Positions 25,129 through 37,070 of a stretch of 64,000 bases of DNA are shown here, piece by piece. Within the stretch, counting starts at the first letter, position 1; each line of letters starts with the position of its first letter. A program made the position numbers and the translations under genes. Source of the DNA: Blastocladiella emersonii ATCC 22665 (Eukaryota; Fungi; Blastocladiomycota); contig JANHCV010000014.1 in the NCBI GenBank assembly GCA_025594325.1, positions 868,001-932,000 on the forward strand. Direction: 5' to 3'. The notes beneath the pieces were generated by a model. It saw only the letters and a program-made list of their open reading frames with translations, had not been told where the DNA came from and did no database searches.

Positions 25129-27192
25129 ATGCAACCGAAAAAGTCCATGCAAACGCAAATGAAAGTCAAACTTGCTATTCCCGAGATCATAGACCGGATC
25201 CTCGTCGCGGCCATCAACTCGCACGTCCCCAGCAATGTCGCCCTTACCGGTGGCATTGTCGACCTGCGCAAGCTTTCCGCATACTCTCGCGTCTTGCCTC
25301 GCGACCAGATCCCGGGTGTTTTTCGAGCTCTGTCGGCACTTGTGGTGAAGCTTCCGATCAGCACAGCAAGCAACTTTGGACTGCTTAACTTCCTTCGCTT
25401 CCGCTCCGGATACGGTCTTCCCCTGCTTTGCGACTTTTCTTTCCTCACCCAGGCTGCGTCCAGAAAAATGTATGACGTCCTCGACTTTTGGCGCGACTCG
25501 GGGGTCCAACTTCACAACCTCGGCAGAATCCTCGAGCTGCCCGAGACTGCTCGCGTCCTCCTGTTTGGAACTGTCTCCCCGCCTTTCCACTCAGACGCTC
25601 CAAGCCGATTTGCTCGCGGTGACGCTCTCTGCCGAGACCTTCTCGCAGCCGTCCCTCGGGGCGAGACGATGATTTCTATCGACCGCGCGCTTCTTTCAGA
25701 GGAGGGCACGACTTTGCTTAACCGCGCCCTATCGGTCCCTGGTCACCCCGTCACTTCGCTCACCCTTGTCATGGTCGACCTCAACTGGGACCGCCTTCGT
25801 GCGATTCAGCTTCCGTCCTCGCTAGAGTCGCTCCACCTTGAATCGAACCGACTCGCGCATCGGTGCCCCGCGGACCCGGCGCCTTGGCTTCCAAACACGC
25901 TTTCGTCGCTGACTCTTCGCAAGGAATGCCTTGGTTATGCGGGTCTCGCCGACCACCTCAAGCACTTGCCATCGGGCCTCACCTCTCTGTCGTTGGACGA
26001 GTGCGAAATGGACTTGGCCGCTTTCAACCATCTCGCTGCCGGTCTGCCTGCTTCGCTTCGATCCCTGTCCATCACTCGATGCTCGATGGGCAACCGGGCT
26101 TTGGCGGCGCTGGCCCAGAAACTTCCCTCAACTTTGCTGTCGCTAGACTTGACCAAAAATGCCCTCTCGAACAAGGGCATGATTGCGCTCGCCCAGCACT
26201 TGCCCTCCAGCCTCGAATCGTTGATCCTTGATGACAACCCAAAGGTCGGCATGCCCGGCCTCCACGCCCTCCTCAACGCTCTCCCGGCTGGTCTTCAACG
26301 TCTTCAGCTGCGAGATGGTTGTACTGACGCTTGCGCCCTTGTGGCCCTCGCTGGTCGCGAACGCCCATCACTTAAGCACCTCGACCTCTCAGGCAGCGTT
26401 TGTTATTCGGTCGACTGGAACTCGCACCCAAACTTTAGTTTTCTTGCCGGGTCCGCTTGGAACACGACTCCAGCCTTCCCTGCAATCGAGGAGCTACGCA
26501 TGGCAGGCTTCCAATTTTACAAATCAGAGAACGCAACGGCCGTGCTCCCGCGGATCCTTGGCCCCAAGCTTCAGCGACTCGATCTCAACGGTTGCGGGGT
26601 CGGCGACGCTGGCGTCGACGCGACTCTTGAATGCGCAACGCCAGCCCTTACCCACCTCGACCTGACAATGTGTGGCGTCCAAAACGCCGGTGCAGCATCT
26701 CTTGCTACGCAGCTGCCCGCGTCCGTGACTTGGCTGAATCTTGACGGCAATGGGATTGGCGATGAGGGCTATCTCTTCTTGCTCGAGCTTATCAACTCCC
26801 GCCGAGCCACGCTGACAATCGAGCTTGACATGGGAAGCATGCCTTGTGCTACCAAAAAGATCTACGAGGTTTACTTTGGCGCGCCCGCTGGGCCCGTCGC
26901 GCGCGACAGCTCGTCTGACTCGAGCTCGTCTGACTCGAGCTCGTCTGACTCGAGCTCGTCTGACTCGAGCTCGTCTGACTCGAGCTCGTCTGACTCGGAC
27001 TCGGATTCTGACTCAAGCTCTTCGGATTCCGACTCGAGCTCGTCCGATTCCTCAGACTCGAGCTCGTCGGACTCATCAAGCTCGAGCTCGTTGGATTCCT
27101 CGGACTCAAGCTCGTCCGATTCCTCCGACTCGGACGATTCGCAAGCGCACGACGTGCAACTTATTCACAATTTGATCTTGCCTTGGCTTTAG
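25129..27192 (+). CDS. F-box-like/RNI-type leucine-rich-repeat protein with Ser/Asp-rich tail
   Basis: Single ORF. N-terminal LAIPEIIDRIL. About 10 LRRs, such as LPSGLTSLSLDEC, LPSTLLSLDLTKNALSNKGMIALA and LTHLDLTMCGVQNAGAASLA. Two ACGCGT sites at 24983 and 24993. Confidence 0.85.
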   Translation: MQPKKSMQTQMKVKLAIPEIIDRILVAAINSHVPSNVALTGGIVDLRKLSAYSRVLPRDQIPGVFRALSALVVKLPISTASNFGLLNFLRFRSGYGLPLLCDFSFLTQAASRKMYDVLDFWRDSGVQLHNLGRILELPETARVLLFGTVSPPFHSDAPSRFARGDALCRDLLAAVPRGETMISIDRALLSEEGTTLLNRALSVPGHPVTSLTLVMVDLNWDRLRAIQLPSSLESLHLESNRLAHRCPADPAPWLPNTLSSLTLRKECLGYAGLADHLKHLPSGLTSLSLDECEMDLAAFNHLAAGLPASLRSLSITRCSMGNRALAALAQKLPSTLLSLDLTKNALSNKGMIALAQHLPSSLESLILDDNPKVGMPGLHALLNALPAGLQRLQLRDGCTDACALVALAGRERPSLKHLDLSGSVCYSVDWNSHPNFSFLAGSAWNTTPAFPAIEELRMAGFQFYKSENATAVLPRILGPKLQRLDLNGCGVGDAGVDATLECATPALTHLDLTMCGVQNAGAASLATQLPASVTWLNLDGNGIGDEGYLFLLELINSRRATLTIELDMGSMPCATKKIYEVYFGAPAGPVARDSSSDSSSSDSSSSDSSSSDSSSSDSSSSDSDSDSDSSSSDSDSSSSDSSDSSSSDSSSSSSLDSSDSSSSDSSDSDDSQAHDVQLIHNLILPWL
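26905..27140 (+). repeat. Coding minisatellite GACTCGAGCTCGTCT (DSSSS)
   Basis: Five perfect 15-bp units at 26917-26991, then degenerate units. Encodes about 78 residues that are almost all S or D. Confidence 0.95.
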
Positions 27193-27443
27193 TTGCCCGA
27201 GCGAGTCAATGTGACGGACGCGTGCAAACGGTTGGTGAATGTATTTTGAACTGCATTGAAGGTGCTATACATGAGACCATCTGCCAAGGTTATTCATGTA
27301 GCATCGAGTTTGAGGGTCAGATGCCGTCAACAGGTGCGTTGCGTCGCGAACGGCAGGCCGAGCGGAGCGGCGAACATGAACGACGCGTAACGCGTTCCCA
27401 CGCCGACTCCTCTCCTCTCACTTCGCCCAAACGACCCGAGACC

Positions 27444-27925
27444 ATGAATTCCAATGAACCCCACTTGGTGCAACACACGCAGCCGGACCTCCCGCTTTCA
27501 TTGATCGAGGATATCCTCGTTTGCGTCGTCCTTGGCGACTCGCGCAGCGCGGACCCGCTTCCCCTTCTGCACGTCGCCCCAGGCCTCGACCGGGCAGCAT
27601 AAATGTGCTCGAGCTCTTTTCCCAGCGCATGCCGTGGAGGGACTGGCTCCTTGATGCCGATTGGGACGAACTTGCTCTGGATCTGGTCAAGACCGAGCAG
27701 ATCAGCTCTCTCGACTGGCTTAATTGCAGCCCAAAAAATATCACGTCGAGTTGGGCAGCTACTACGAATCCTTTTGGTCGGAGCCCTTCAAACTCGCGAG
27801 CAACCTCAAATAACTCGATTGGTTCTCAAAAACCCTCCCACTCGCACGGGTGGAAGGTTTCAAGTGCCCCGAGAACTGGGGCAACGTTTCCAAGGGTGAT
27901 GACGAGGGCATGACCATAGCGCGAC
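27444..27925 (+). pseudogene. Ankyrin-like-repeat gene relic A1 with large internal deletion
   Basis: The start DLPLSLIEDIL...DPLPLLHVAPGL matches A2 and A3, then jumps to the GSxxxL...WxDLxxDL segment. Frameshifts, TAA at about 27810, ends at CPENWGNVSKGDDEG. Confidence 0.75.
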
Positions 27926-27951
27926 ACATGCTGGTCTTCGTTCGAGTGTAG

Positions 27952-28400
27952 CTTTTGCCCTCTCTCTCAAACCCACTGCGGCTTGTCCGCCACAGCGACT
28001 ATTGCGGTTTGTTCGACAGCACCGCGGGGAACTCATGGACAAGCTCGTCCACGCGTTTGCAGCGGCGCTTTGCGACGTGACAAGGGCTCCACCTGCTGGC
28101 GAAAGTAGCCACATCACTCCCTGCTTGCGCCCTAGGCTATGCAAGTGCTTTCTGGCCACTTTCTCAAGCAAACTCGAAGTTGACGTGTGGGATCTCCTCT
28201 TGCTAGCCAATGCCACGTTGTCGCGCGTCCCGATTGCCATCTGCCCGGCATTTGCATGGCTTCCTGTTGTGATAATGCACGACAAGACTCTTCACCCCCG
28301 CGCAATTGCAATTATGCGCGAGCTCAACACAGTGCAGCAATTCTTTGGTGTCATAATTCGCACCACGATTTGCGCATTCGAAGGGCTCCACTCAGCCATC
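27952..28400 (+). pseudogene. Family fragment P5 (start of exon 2 only)
   Basis: Begins at a family-type acceptor gtgtAG|CT TTT. Reads AFALSL...WDLLLLANATL...AWLPVVIMHDK..AIAIMRE, then is cut by the antisense PIF1 sequence. Confidence 0.7.
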
Positions 28401-30794
28401 CCTCGGGCCTTGTGCGCCGTCAGCGCGTACGCGAGCTCGAGCGGGAACTGGGCTCGATGGATCGTCTTGGATGTGCCGGCCACCTTGTTCTGGAGGCGGA
28501 ACGAGGCGATCTCGCGGCGCAGCGGGAAGCAGCCGTCGGGGATCCCGGGTAGCTTGGGCATGCGACCCAGATCCTTGTTGGGCCGGATGATGACTGCATC
28601 AATGTCATTGTTCGAGTCGGTGGCAAAGCCTTCAACACGGCCAATGACGCCGTTGACGATGCCGCGACTACACGATGCGAAGCGAGGAAGCGCTGGTGAG
28701 TCCACGCGCCTAATGGCCGGCGAATATGACGCGGAGACGTACAGCGTGTTGATGTTCCGCGTCACGATGACACGCGCGCCAGCAAACAGCTTGAGGGTAG
28801 ACGGGATGTGGTCCGTCTTGCTTGAGGGAAGCAGTTTTGCGAAGTCGAGCATGTGCCAGTCGCTGTCGCCCTGACCGCTGCTCTTAACAACGAGCTGCCG
28901 CCAAAGGAGTGGTCCGGTTGTGGAGGGCTTGCGGACGAGATCGACGCACTCGAGGTCAAAGATTTCGTCGGGTTGGAGACCGAGGCGACGCGCGTGTTTC
29001 GCGGCGGCCATCGAGTTCCACGCGTCGCGTACCGAGTTCTGCGCCGTGATGAGGACCTGGTCGCTCCAGTCGTCGAGCTGGCCTGGGTGCTGGGTGCTGG
29101 CCCAGTACGACGTCTGCTCGCCGCGAGCCGAGGTACTCGATCACGCGCTGCGAGACGTTACAGTTGTGCGGGTCGTTAAGCACGTTGTGCAAACCCGCGT
29201 CGCCCGACTGCCGCATCTGCTGGACGAGGAAGAAATCCGAGTCGAAGGCGAGCCACTGATCGCGACCAATGTTGGCGTCGGTTGGAGTTCTGCTGACCGC
29301 TGGCGGCTCCTTGCGCTTGGACGCGCGCTTCTTCTGCTGCTGCTGCTGCTGAGGCTCGCCGTCGACCTGCATCAAGTCACCATCATGAGCTGCATCCACC
29401 TCGGTTTCGGGTGCCCATTCGACCGGCTGCTCAGATGGAACCGTGAGCGAGCGGGCCATGACGGGCTCGAACTGGAAAAAGTCGCCAAACGCGAGGACGT
29501 GCAGGCCGCCAAACGGACGATGGTCGCGGCTCGGGTATAGCGCGTCGAAGCACAAGTGCATTGCGGCGAACAGCTCGGCGCCGACCATGGAGATCTCGTC
29601 GAGAAGGACAAACTTGACGGAGCGGAACAAGCCCTCGAGCTCGGCCTTGGCTTTGTCGCCCATCGGCTTGGTCGCCGAGACGACGGTGCCGATACCGCAC
29701 ATGGCGTGGATCGTGGAGCCGCCGATGGGCGCCGCGGCTGCGCCGGTTGGCGCGCAGATCTTGAGCCACAAACTGCTGCCCTTGGCGACGAACATGTCGC
29801 GGATCGAGTTAATGACGCGACTCTTGCCCGTGCCCGCCTCGCCGTGGACGAGCATGAGGAGCTGCTCGATGTCAGCGTCGCCGCGCTTGATGGCATCGAG
29901 CGTCGACTCGACGTGCTCGACGACGCGGCGCTGCTCGACGTTGAGCCCTTGAAGGCACGGGGCGAGTTGCTCCTGTCGCGCGAGCTGCACCCGGACGGCT
30001 GGCGGTGCGACACCGCCGTCTGCTTGAACGAGTCGAGCGCGAGGTGGCTCCGCCGAGCGTTCTGCAGCAAACCAACGGGCATCCTCGTCGGCCTTCCTGG
30101 CCAGATCGGCGTAGTTGGCGAGTTGCGCGAACCACGCCGGATCCGAGTCGACCTTGAGCAGCTGCTGGCGAAGCTCGAGTGGCAGAGCAGGCACGGGCGC
30201 GTTCGAGTTTGAGAGCAGTCCGTTGTGTACTGCCGACATGAGGAGCATGGCCGCGTGCTGGTCGTTCTGGGAGATGATCGAGAGGATCTCGTGCAGGAAA
30301 GCGTCGTTGCCGTGAGCTTCTTGCGCGATGCCGACGGGCATGATCTCACCGTCAGCCTCGTCGTCGTTACCCATGCCAGTACCGCCGGCGCGTCGAAGGT
30401 CGACCTGCTCGGGCGTCGCGCTGTTGTTGGCCTCCGAATCGTCATCCAGCTTGCCGGGCGACGTGTTCACGTAGTCACGAAAGTTGTTGATCCACCGGAG
30501 CCGGTCGCTGCCCTGCTCGAGCGTGCTTTTGAAGAGATCGAGCGTCTGCGACCACGTCTCGCCGCGAGCCGGAGCCACCTCGTTGATGGCGCGGAACGGC
30601 TTGAACAGGATCGTGGAGATCATGGCGCGCGACTCGGTGCTGCCGATATCGGACGACTGGCTGACCTGCTTGTTGAACAGCGGCACGGGAACGACCATGC
30701 TCGCGCGCATCGCGGCGACGCGATGTGTCTGGCGCACGCCACGAGTGCGAGACAGGAGGCGCGAGACAAAAAACGCGAGACACAATACGCGCAA
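28400..30794 (-). mobile_element. PIF1-family helicase copy 1 (Helitron-type), disrupted and 3'-truncated
   Basis: Motifs GEAGTGKS, APTGAAA, GGSTIH, LLDEISMV, FGGLHVLAFGDFFQFEPV, QQMRQSGD, LKLFAGARVIVTRN, GIVNG and QFPLELAYALTAHKARG. A 7-bp duplication tgggtgc at 29084-29097 shifts the frame. Intron 28742-28668. The YVALSR-type final motif and any HUH Rep domain are absent. Confidence 0.8.
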
Positions 30795-31139
30795 GCGGTG
30801 AATAAAATCAAAGCGTCAGGGAAGCGTGTGGATGCCCACATAGGACATGAAGGACGGAGGAAATGTAGAGGATATGCACAGTGGCCGCGGGAGGAGCGGG
30901 AAGAGTGAGAGGTCAGGTACACGGAGAGTATTCCGACGTCGAACTGTGCCCCAGACGATTTTAGTTGAGTTGCATAGAGTTAGAGGGTAGATTTATTAAG
31001 AGGATTTGGAGAAAATTGAGGAGAAGATAATTCGAGCTCGACCGAGACGCGTCGCGACGCGTGTTGATGGGAGTGGCAGAAAAGTCAGGCGTGCCAAATG
31101 GCCCAGCTTGAGTGCGAATTCAGCTCCACAGAAACTCAG

Positions 31140-32106
31140 CCTACTGCTGAGAAAAATACCCTTCGAGGAGCGCTCGAGATGGTCAACAATGAAGCGAGTC
31201 GTCCCGGTATCAGTCCCGCCACAGCAAGTGTTGTTTTGCTCGTGGCCAAGCGCACGCTTGTGTTCGGATGCGGGTGCCCCGAGGTAAAAGGAGAGGCAAT
31301 AGCGATGGTCGCTGTGCAAATCCAAGAGCTCAAGAAGCGATTCAAAAGCGCTGCGCCACGGCGCCTGGTACGAGAGCGGGCAGTCCGGGCAGACCGTCAA
31401 TCCGGGCAGACTCGGGAAGATGAGATTCTTGTCAGACGAGAAGTGAGCCGCCAGCATCGCACAGAGAAGTTTCGCTGCAACGTCTCGATGGTCAAGTAGC
31501 TCGATCGCGCTATCCTTGATCACCTCGACACCAAGGATCGATGTCACGAGCCACGAAATTGCGTGCGACGAGGTGATCGATGGGAAGGCGTCCTCCATCC
31601 GATTGGGAATAAGGAGCGTGACGATGGTGAAAGCATCGAGTCGGTCGGCCGTTGGCTCATCCACATCGAGAAGGGCGACGATGGCAGCGAACCGACGAGC
31701 CGTATCGGGGTCCTTGATCTTGAACATTTCGTCCGTGAAGCGTTGGACAAGGTCGGGATGGTCGGTCGCGCGCGACAAATAGACCAAGCCGTCAAGGACG
31801 CGCCCGCTGATCGGAGCCTCGTTGCAGGCGCTTGCAAAAGCTACCCGACAGACATAGGTAACAGTGAATGGCCACGTTAGCGATCGAGGATGATGCAACT
31901 GTACCTTCGACAAGGACTGATTTCCATGTCGACTCGTGTTTCGGGTACTCCTCTCCGATCAGTTGCGACGATGATCTCAGCGTGTCGATGGCCGCTGAGA
32001 GCTGCTGTGAGACCAGCTGAAACGCGTGAAACTTCTCGCGACACTCGGTTGAGCAGGGCGCGCTTTGCGTACTCGGAACCTCGTTAAGGAAGATAAAAGC
32101 GCACAA
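31140..32106 (-). pseudogene. Family fragment P6 (end of exon 1, intron, most of exon 2; closest to P10)
   Basis: TWKSVLVEG, intron 31904-31841, then AFASACNEAPISGR, aligning to P10 (TWEAVLEKG|AFSAAYNEPSISGR). No N-terminus, and the C-terminus is replaced by unrelated sequence. Confidence 0.75.
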
Positions 32107-32306
32107 TCGGAAGCTCTAAGGTACTTCACCACCAGTTTGCGTACTCGCAATCGCCGGGTCGGAGCGCGAGCGGCTCGGAGACGCGTCGATCAACCATGTG
32201 ATGTGTGGCGCTGTTGTGGTTCGCGTGGCGCCGCCAAATGCCTTCGTTTTCGCACGCTCGTCCGGGAGGAGTCCGGTCCTCTCGACGACCTGGGGAGTAC
32301 TGCATC

Positions 32307-33894
32307 ATGGAACCGGATGAAATAACTGCTTGCAATATGCTCGAGGGATCTGACTCGTTTGGCTTTTCGGACCTTCCCGCGGAACTCGTCGGTCACGTCC
32401 TGCGGCTTTCTGTCCCTCGGCTCGCCATCCCACTTGCTGCAAGCGGCTTTGCTGAAATCGCCCTTGAATCTGCCAACCAGTGGGTTTGGCGATGCACCTA
32501 CCTTTTCCGGCCCGACTTGTGCGAGTGGGGCGCCGTGCATCCGTGCGCCGCAGACAAGTGCCCGTGTGACCGTCATGACTATCGCCACCCCGTCACCCCG
32601 CGGTCGTCGGAAATGCCACTTGCTCCTTACCTACACCATCTTGCTTGCCTTGAGCGGGATGCGGCATCACGCCGCAAGACTGACCGTGTGCGCTGCCTTC
32701 CATCGGCCGATGTGTTTGACGAACCCATTGTTGCCCGACTCATTGAGAACTACTTTAATCACACGCTCGAGCCGATCCCTGCGCCCAACACTCCGGGAGC
32801 AGATTTCGGCACATCGCCAGAAGCGCGACCAGTTTCGCCTCACTTGCTTGGCCTGGCCCAGCTCGCCATGGTGTTTGTCGCGCAGGGCCGCATAAATCAG
32901 CTGACCTACGTCCTCGATGTACTCTTGAAGTTCCCGGCCACGCCCAGCGAAATCAAGTTTGACTTTTGGTCGAACATTGACCCGGACTGGCGTGCTTCAA
33001 GCTCCTCGTTCTCCACTTCACTATCAGAGGAAATCCAATCTTCAACCTCTATTGACTATCTTGTGCTCGTGGCGCTCAAGTGGTGGCGGCCCAACGTGCT
33101 TGAGCACCTCCATCAATCCGCTTCCGCTGCAAGTGTTCACGCGAGACGCGCGTCTCAAGTTGCCTGCAATCGTTATCCCAGCTGTGCCTTCCGAGGATGA
33201 GCTCATCGATGCGTTTCACAGGTACCGCATTGGTCGCAGTGTACCAGCCCAAACTTCGTCAGCAGCGCTTGTCTCAACTGCGGATGGTGCGGGTGCGTCC
33301 AGGAAGCTTATCCCGTTTCGCCCAATGGAGTGCGCGAACGTACCGCCTGCCGATCTTCCTGACGCGACTTGGGACCTGTGGCAGTTTGCTGTTCATCTCA
33401 TTCTCACCAAGGTGACCAAATTCCGACTGTGTGCTTCAACGATTACCGGGCGAGCGCGCGACGTGCTCTTTTCCGAGGCGGCCTTGATCGAGACCGATTC
33501 GCGGCGCCGCGCAGAACTTGCGAACGGGACGCGTGGCCTTGGAACGGAACGTGCGTGGATCATCGAGCAGCTGTACCGCGCTTCACCCAGGGTATTGCGT
33601 GACGAATATCTCCGGGTCACCGCAGACAGTCCTCGGGGCGTGTGGCGGATGATTCCGCCTGGCGCGCTTGATCACAACTGTCCGTTGACTCTGCTCCAAA
33701 CTGCAGTATACCTGGTCATGCTGCAGGTGAGAGATCGGCGACTGGACACCCGCGCTGGCCGCGAATCGATTGCGGAAATCGTTACAACTGCCCTAGCAAC
33801 GATGGCCACGGATCCTTTCCGCGAGTTTTTCCTCGAGGCATGCCGTTTGAACGGACTCAATGCAGCGCGGGTGATGCCCGCGAACATGAAGTGA
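32307..33894 (+). pseudogene. Divergent F-box-like gene, one frameshift
   Basis: FGFSDLPAELVGHVLRLSVPR at the start. Family-like LVLVALKWWRPN and WRMIPPGALD. Frame change near 33105. Composite promoter motif at 32181-32201. Confidence 0.65.
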
Positions 33895-34048
33895 ATGAGT
33901 AACCGTGATTGATGAAAGGACTAGGGGTGTGTGCGTTACACACTCTGTCTCAGCAGTAGGCGACTAGACTGGCTAGCAATGCCTGGAGGCGGAGAAGCTT
34001 GGCGTTGATACTTAGTGCTTAGTGGGCTCGTTGAAGAATCGGTCAACG

Positions 34049-35330
34049 TCATGCGACGACGTACAGCATGTTGATTGTTCGCGTCACGATGACACGCGCG
34101 CCAGCACACAGCTTGAGGGTAGCCGGGATGTGGTCCGTCTTGCTTGAGGGAAGCAGTTTTGCGAAGTTGAGCATGCGCTGGTCGCTCTCGCTCTGACCGC
34201 TGCTCTTAACAACGAGCTGCCGCCATAGGAGTGGTCCGGTTGCCGAGGGCTTGCGGACGAGATTGACGCACTCGAGGTCAAAGATCTCGTCAGGTTGGAG
34301 TCCGAGGCGACGCGCGTGTTTTGCGGCGGCCATCGAGTTCCACGCGTCGCGCACCGAGTTCTGCGCCGTGACGAGGACCTGGTCGCTCCAGTCGTCGAGC
34401 TGGTCTGGGTGCTGGCCCAGCACGACGTCTGCTCGACGCGAGCCGAGGTACTCAATCAATCAAGCGCAATGAGACGACGCAGTTGCGCAGGTCCTGGAGC
34501 ACGTTGAGGAAGCTCGCGTCGCCCGACTTTCGCATCTGCTGGACGAGGAAGAAGGCCGAGTCGAAGGCGAGCCACTGATCGCGACCAATGTTGGCGTCAG
34601 TTTGAGTTCTGCTGACCGCTGAGCGCTGGCCGCTCTTTACACTGCGATGCGCGCTTTTTCTTCTGCTGCTGAGGCTCGCCGTCGACCTGCATCGAGTCTC
34701 CATCATGAGCAGCATCCACCTCAGGTTCGGGTGCGCGTTCGACCAGCTGCTCGGATGGAACCGTGAGCGAGCGGGCCATGACGGGCTCGAACTGGAGGAA
34801 ATCGCCGGACGTGAGGACGTGCAGGCCGCCAAACGGACGATGGTCGTGGCTAGGGTACAGCGCGTCGAAGCGCAAGTGCATGGCGGCAAAGAGCTCGGCG
34901 CCGACCATGGAGATCTCGTCGATGAGGACAAACTTGACGGTTCGGAACGACGCCTCGAGCTTGGCCTTGGCTTTGTCACTCACCGGCTTGGTCGCCGAGA
35001 CGACGGTACCGATACCGCACATTGCGTGTTCTTGAAGAGATCGAGCGTGTGCAACCACGACTCGCCGCGAGCCGGGGCCACCTCGTTGATGGCGCGAAAC
35101 GGCTTGAACAGTATCATGGAGATCATGGCGCGCGACTCGGTGCTGCAAATGTTGGACGACTGGCTGACCTGCTTGTTGAACAGCGGCACGGGAACGACTT
35201 TGGTCGCGCGCATCGCGACGATGAGCTTGCCAACTGCAGCATGCGTCTTGCGGAACTTGGACCGCGGCTCGGCGTGGCGACCGCGCTTGGCGCGTGGCGC
35301 GTTGCCGTCATCGGCATCGTCGTCGGGCAC
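34049..35330 (-). mobile_element. PIF1-family helicase copy 2, internally deleted
   Basis: Closely similar to copy 1, but joins LDLFKN directly to AMCGIG, so Walker A and motif Ia are lost. Frameshift near 34460. Similarity ends in the intron after RTINML. Confidence 0.8.
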
Positions 35331-35408
35331 GGACTGCTGCGATCAGTTCTTCGCGGACTAGATGGGCTCCACACGACAGCACAGGATAAAGTCGTAGAGC
35401 GAGAGCGA

Positions 35409-35956
35409 CTAGAGCTCGCTGGGTCGGTTTAAATAGTGATCGGCAGCGATCGTGACCTTGTCAGTGATCGGGCGGTTCGAGAACGTGATGTGCTGGTTCG
35501 TCGTCCTGCTGCTCGAGCCCACGATCATCGTCGACTGTCGCAGCGTTGTCCTCGCCGACGCGCTGCGCGTCAGTCGTGTTGCTCGCTGCGTCTGAGCGAC
35601 GGGTTCGTGACCATGCGCGGGAACTGGTAGAGCAGGACGTGGGCGAAGCTGTACGTCGTGTAGACCCACGTCTCCTCGCCCTTGCGGATCAGGTCGAGTG
35701 CAATCTGCTGGCCGCTGATCTCGCGCGACGTCGTTGAGCGGTTGACGAGGCCGCGCAGAATGGAGCCGACTGAGAGCGGGAGCAGCACCGCCGAGTTGAG
35801 CTCGCGCTCGCGCAGTTTCTTGGCGTGCTCGAGGAGGGCGTACGCGTTGTGAAGAAACGCGATGCGCCACGGCGTGATGTGGCGCCGCCGCTTGTTCTGA
35901 CCAGCCGCCGCCGCTCCGCCGCCCAGCGACTGTCCTCCCGGCGCTCCGACGAGCAT
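35409..35956 (-). CDS. Hypothetical protein, probably frameshifted near 35590
   Basis: Host-like codon usage from ATG 35956 (MLVGAPGG...WRIAFLHNAY...YQFPRMVTNPSL). A second frame continues STMIVG...DHYLNRPSEL. Confidence 0.35.
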
Positions 35957-36341
35957 ATGTAACCAAGCCCTATCCGGCGATGCAAGACTCGATGCAACGT
36001 AAAGTTTGGCTTGCGATTTATTCCTTGGCCTCGTTGTGAGGCACAGCTGTGGGCGCCGATCAACGGCCTGACCACCCCACGACTCGGCTGCTGCCTTCCA
36101 CGCCAGCACTCGAAAGCTTGAGACGTGCTCCTTTACAACGCGTTGACGTGGCGCACGGTGACGTGGTCGTGGCGGCCAGGGTGGTCGACGTGGCAACGCC
36201 ACGTCGGTCCGATCAGGGGACGGACGGCCACTGGATTCACGCCCCGGTTTCGCCTGCGCGCAGGTCCTTGAAAGCACCGGTCCTCCCACGGCCAAGCTCT
36301 CGCTCTCCGCACACTCTGATCAGACCCCCTACTACGTCAAC

Positions 36342-36943
36342 ATGCCCGTCTCCAAGGACCCGATCACCGGCAAGCCCACGACCGCGGCTGTTCAGCCCAA
36401 CACGATCGTAAAGCTCCTCCAGGGCTTCCTCGACCTCGCCGCGATCGTACGCCCACTCCGCCTCGTCCCTGGCTCCCCACACCATCTTACCTCGCCGCCT
36501 TGTAGATCGGCCGCCTGGTCACGCTCGCGTGGGTGACCGAGCAGCTCCTCAACGGCCCGTCGCAGCTCCAGTCCATCAAGTGGATGGCCGAGGCCGCGCC
36601 CGAGAAGCTCAACCTCGACGCCGTGATCAAGCTGCACCACGCGCGGTGGGCCGCCCGCGCTGCAATCCTGGCGGCGTCCGCCGTCCAGCTCGCCGTCTAC
36701 GCGTGGGCCGTCTTCGCAGCGCGTAGGGGCAAGCGGACCGCCGAGGTCGCCGCGACGGCTTTCGTGATCATCTCGGCGGTGGTCCTCGCGGTGCTCCAGT
36801 ACGACCCGGAACGCTACGGGCTCCCGTCGCTCGACATGTTCGAACTCAGCCTGATCCCGCTGATCGTTGCCGCGGGCACGCGGATCGCGACGGCGGCGAG
36901 CTGTGGGGCGATTGGAATGGTTGTGGCCGCGGTCGGCGAGTGA
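36342..36943 (+). CDS. Small multi-pass membrane protein (180 aa), unknown function
   Basis: join(36342-36446, 36506-36943). GTACGC..TAG intron splices in frame. Several hydrophobic helices and GC3-rich codons. Confidence 0.7.
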
Positions 36944-37070
36944 TTCTTTCATGCATACAGCTTGTATTAATCGTCTGCGAGACATCACGTGTGTATTCGG
37001 TGAACTCGGCGCACGTTGTTGCGCGCTCCGCCCTCTCTCTCCCTGATCCCGCCCCTAAAAAGCTAGAAAG

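Noticed and set aside
33921-33945. Helitron 3' end (aCTAG plus 8-bp hairpin) downstream of PIF1 copy 2
   Set aside because: The hairpin abuts CTAG instead of lying about 10-12 nt away, and no matching 5' end was found. Too weak to call.
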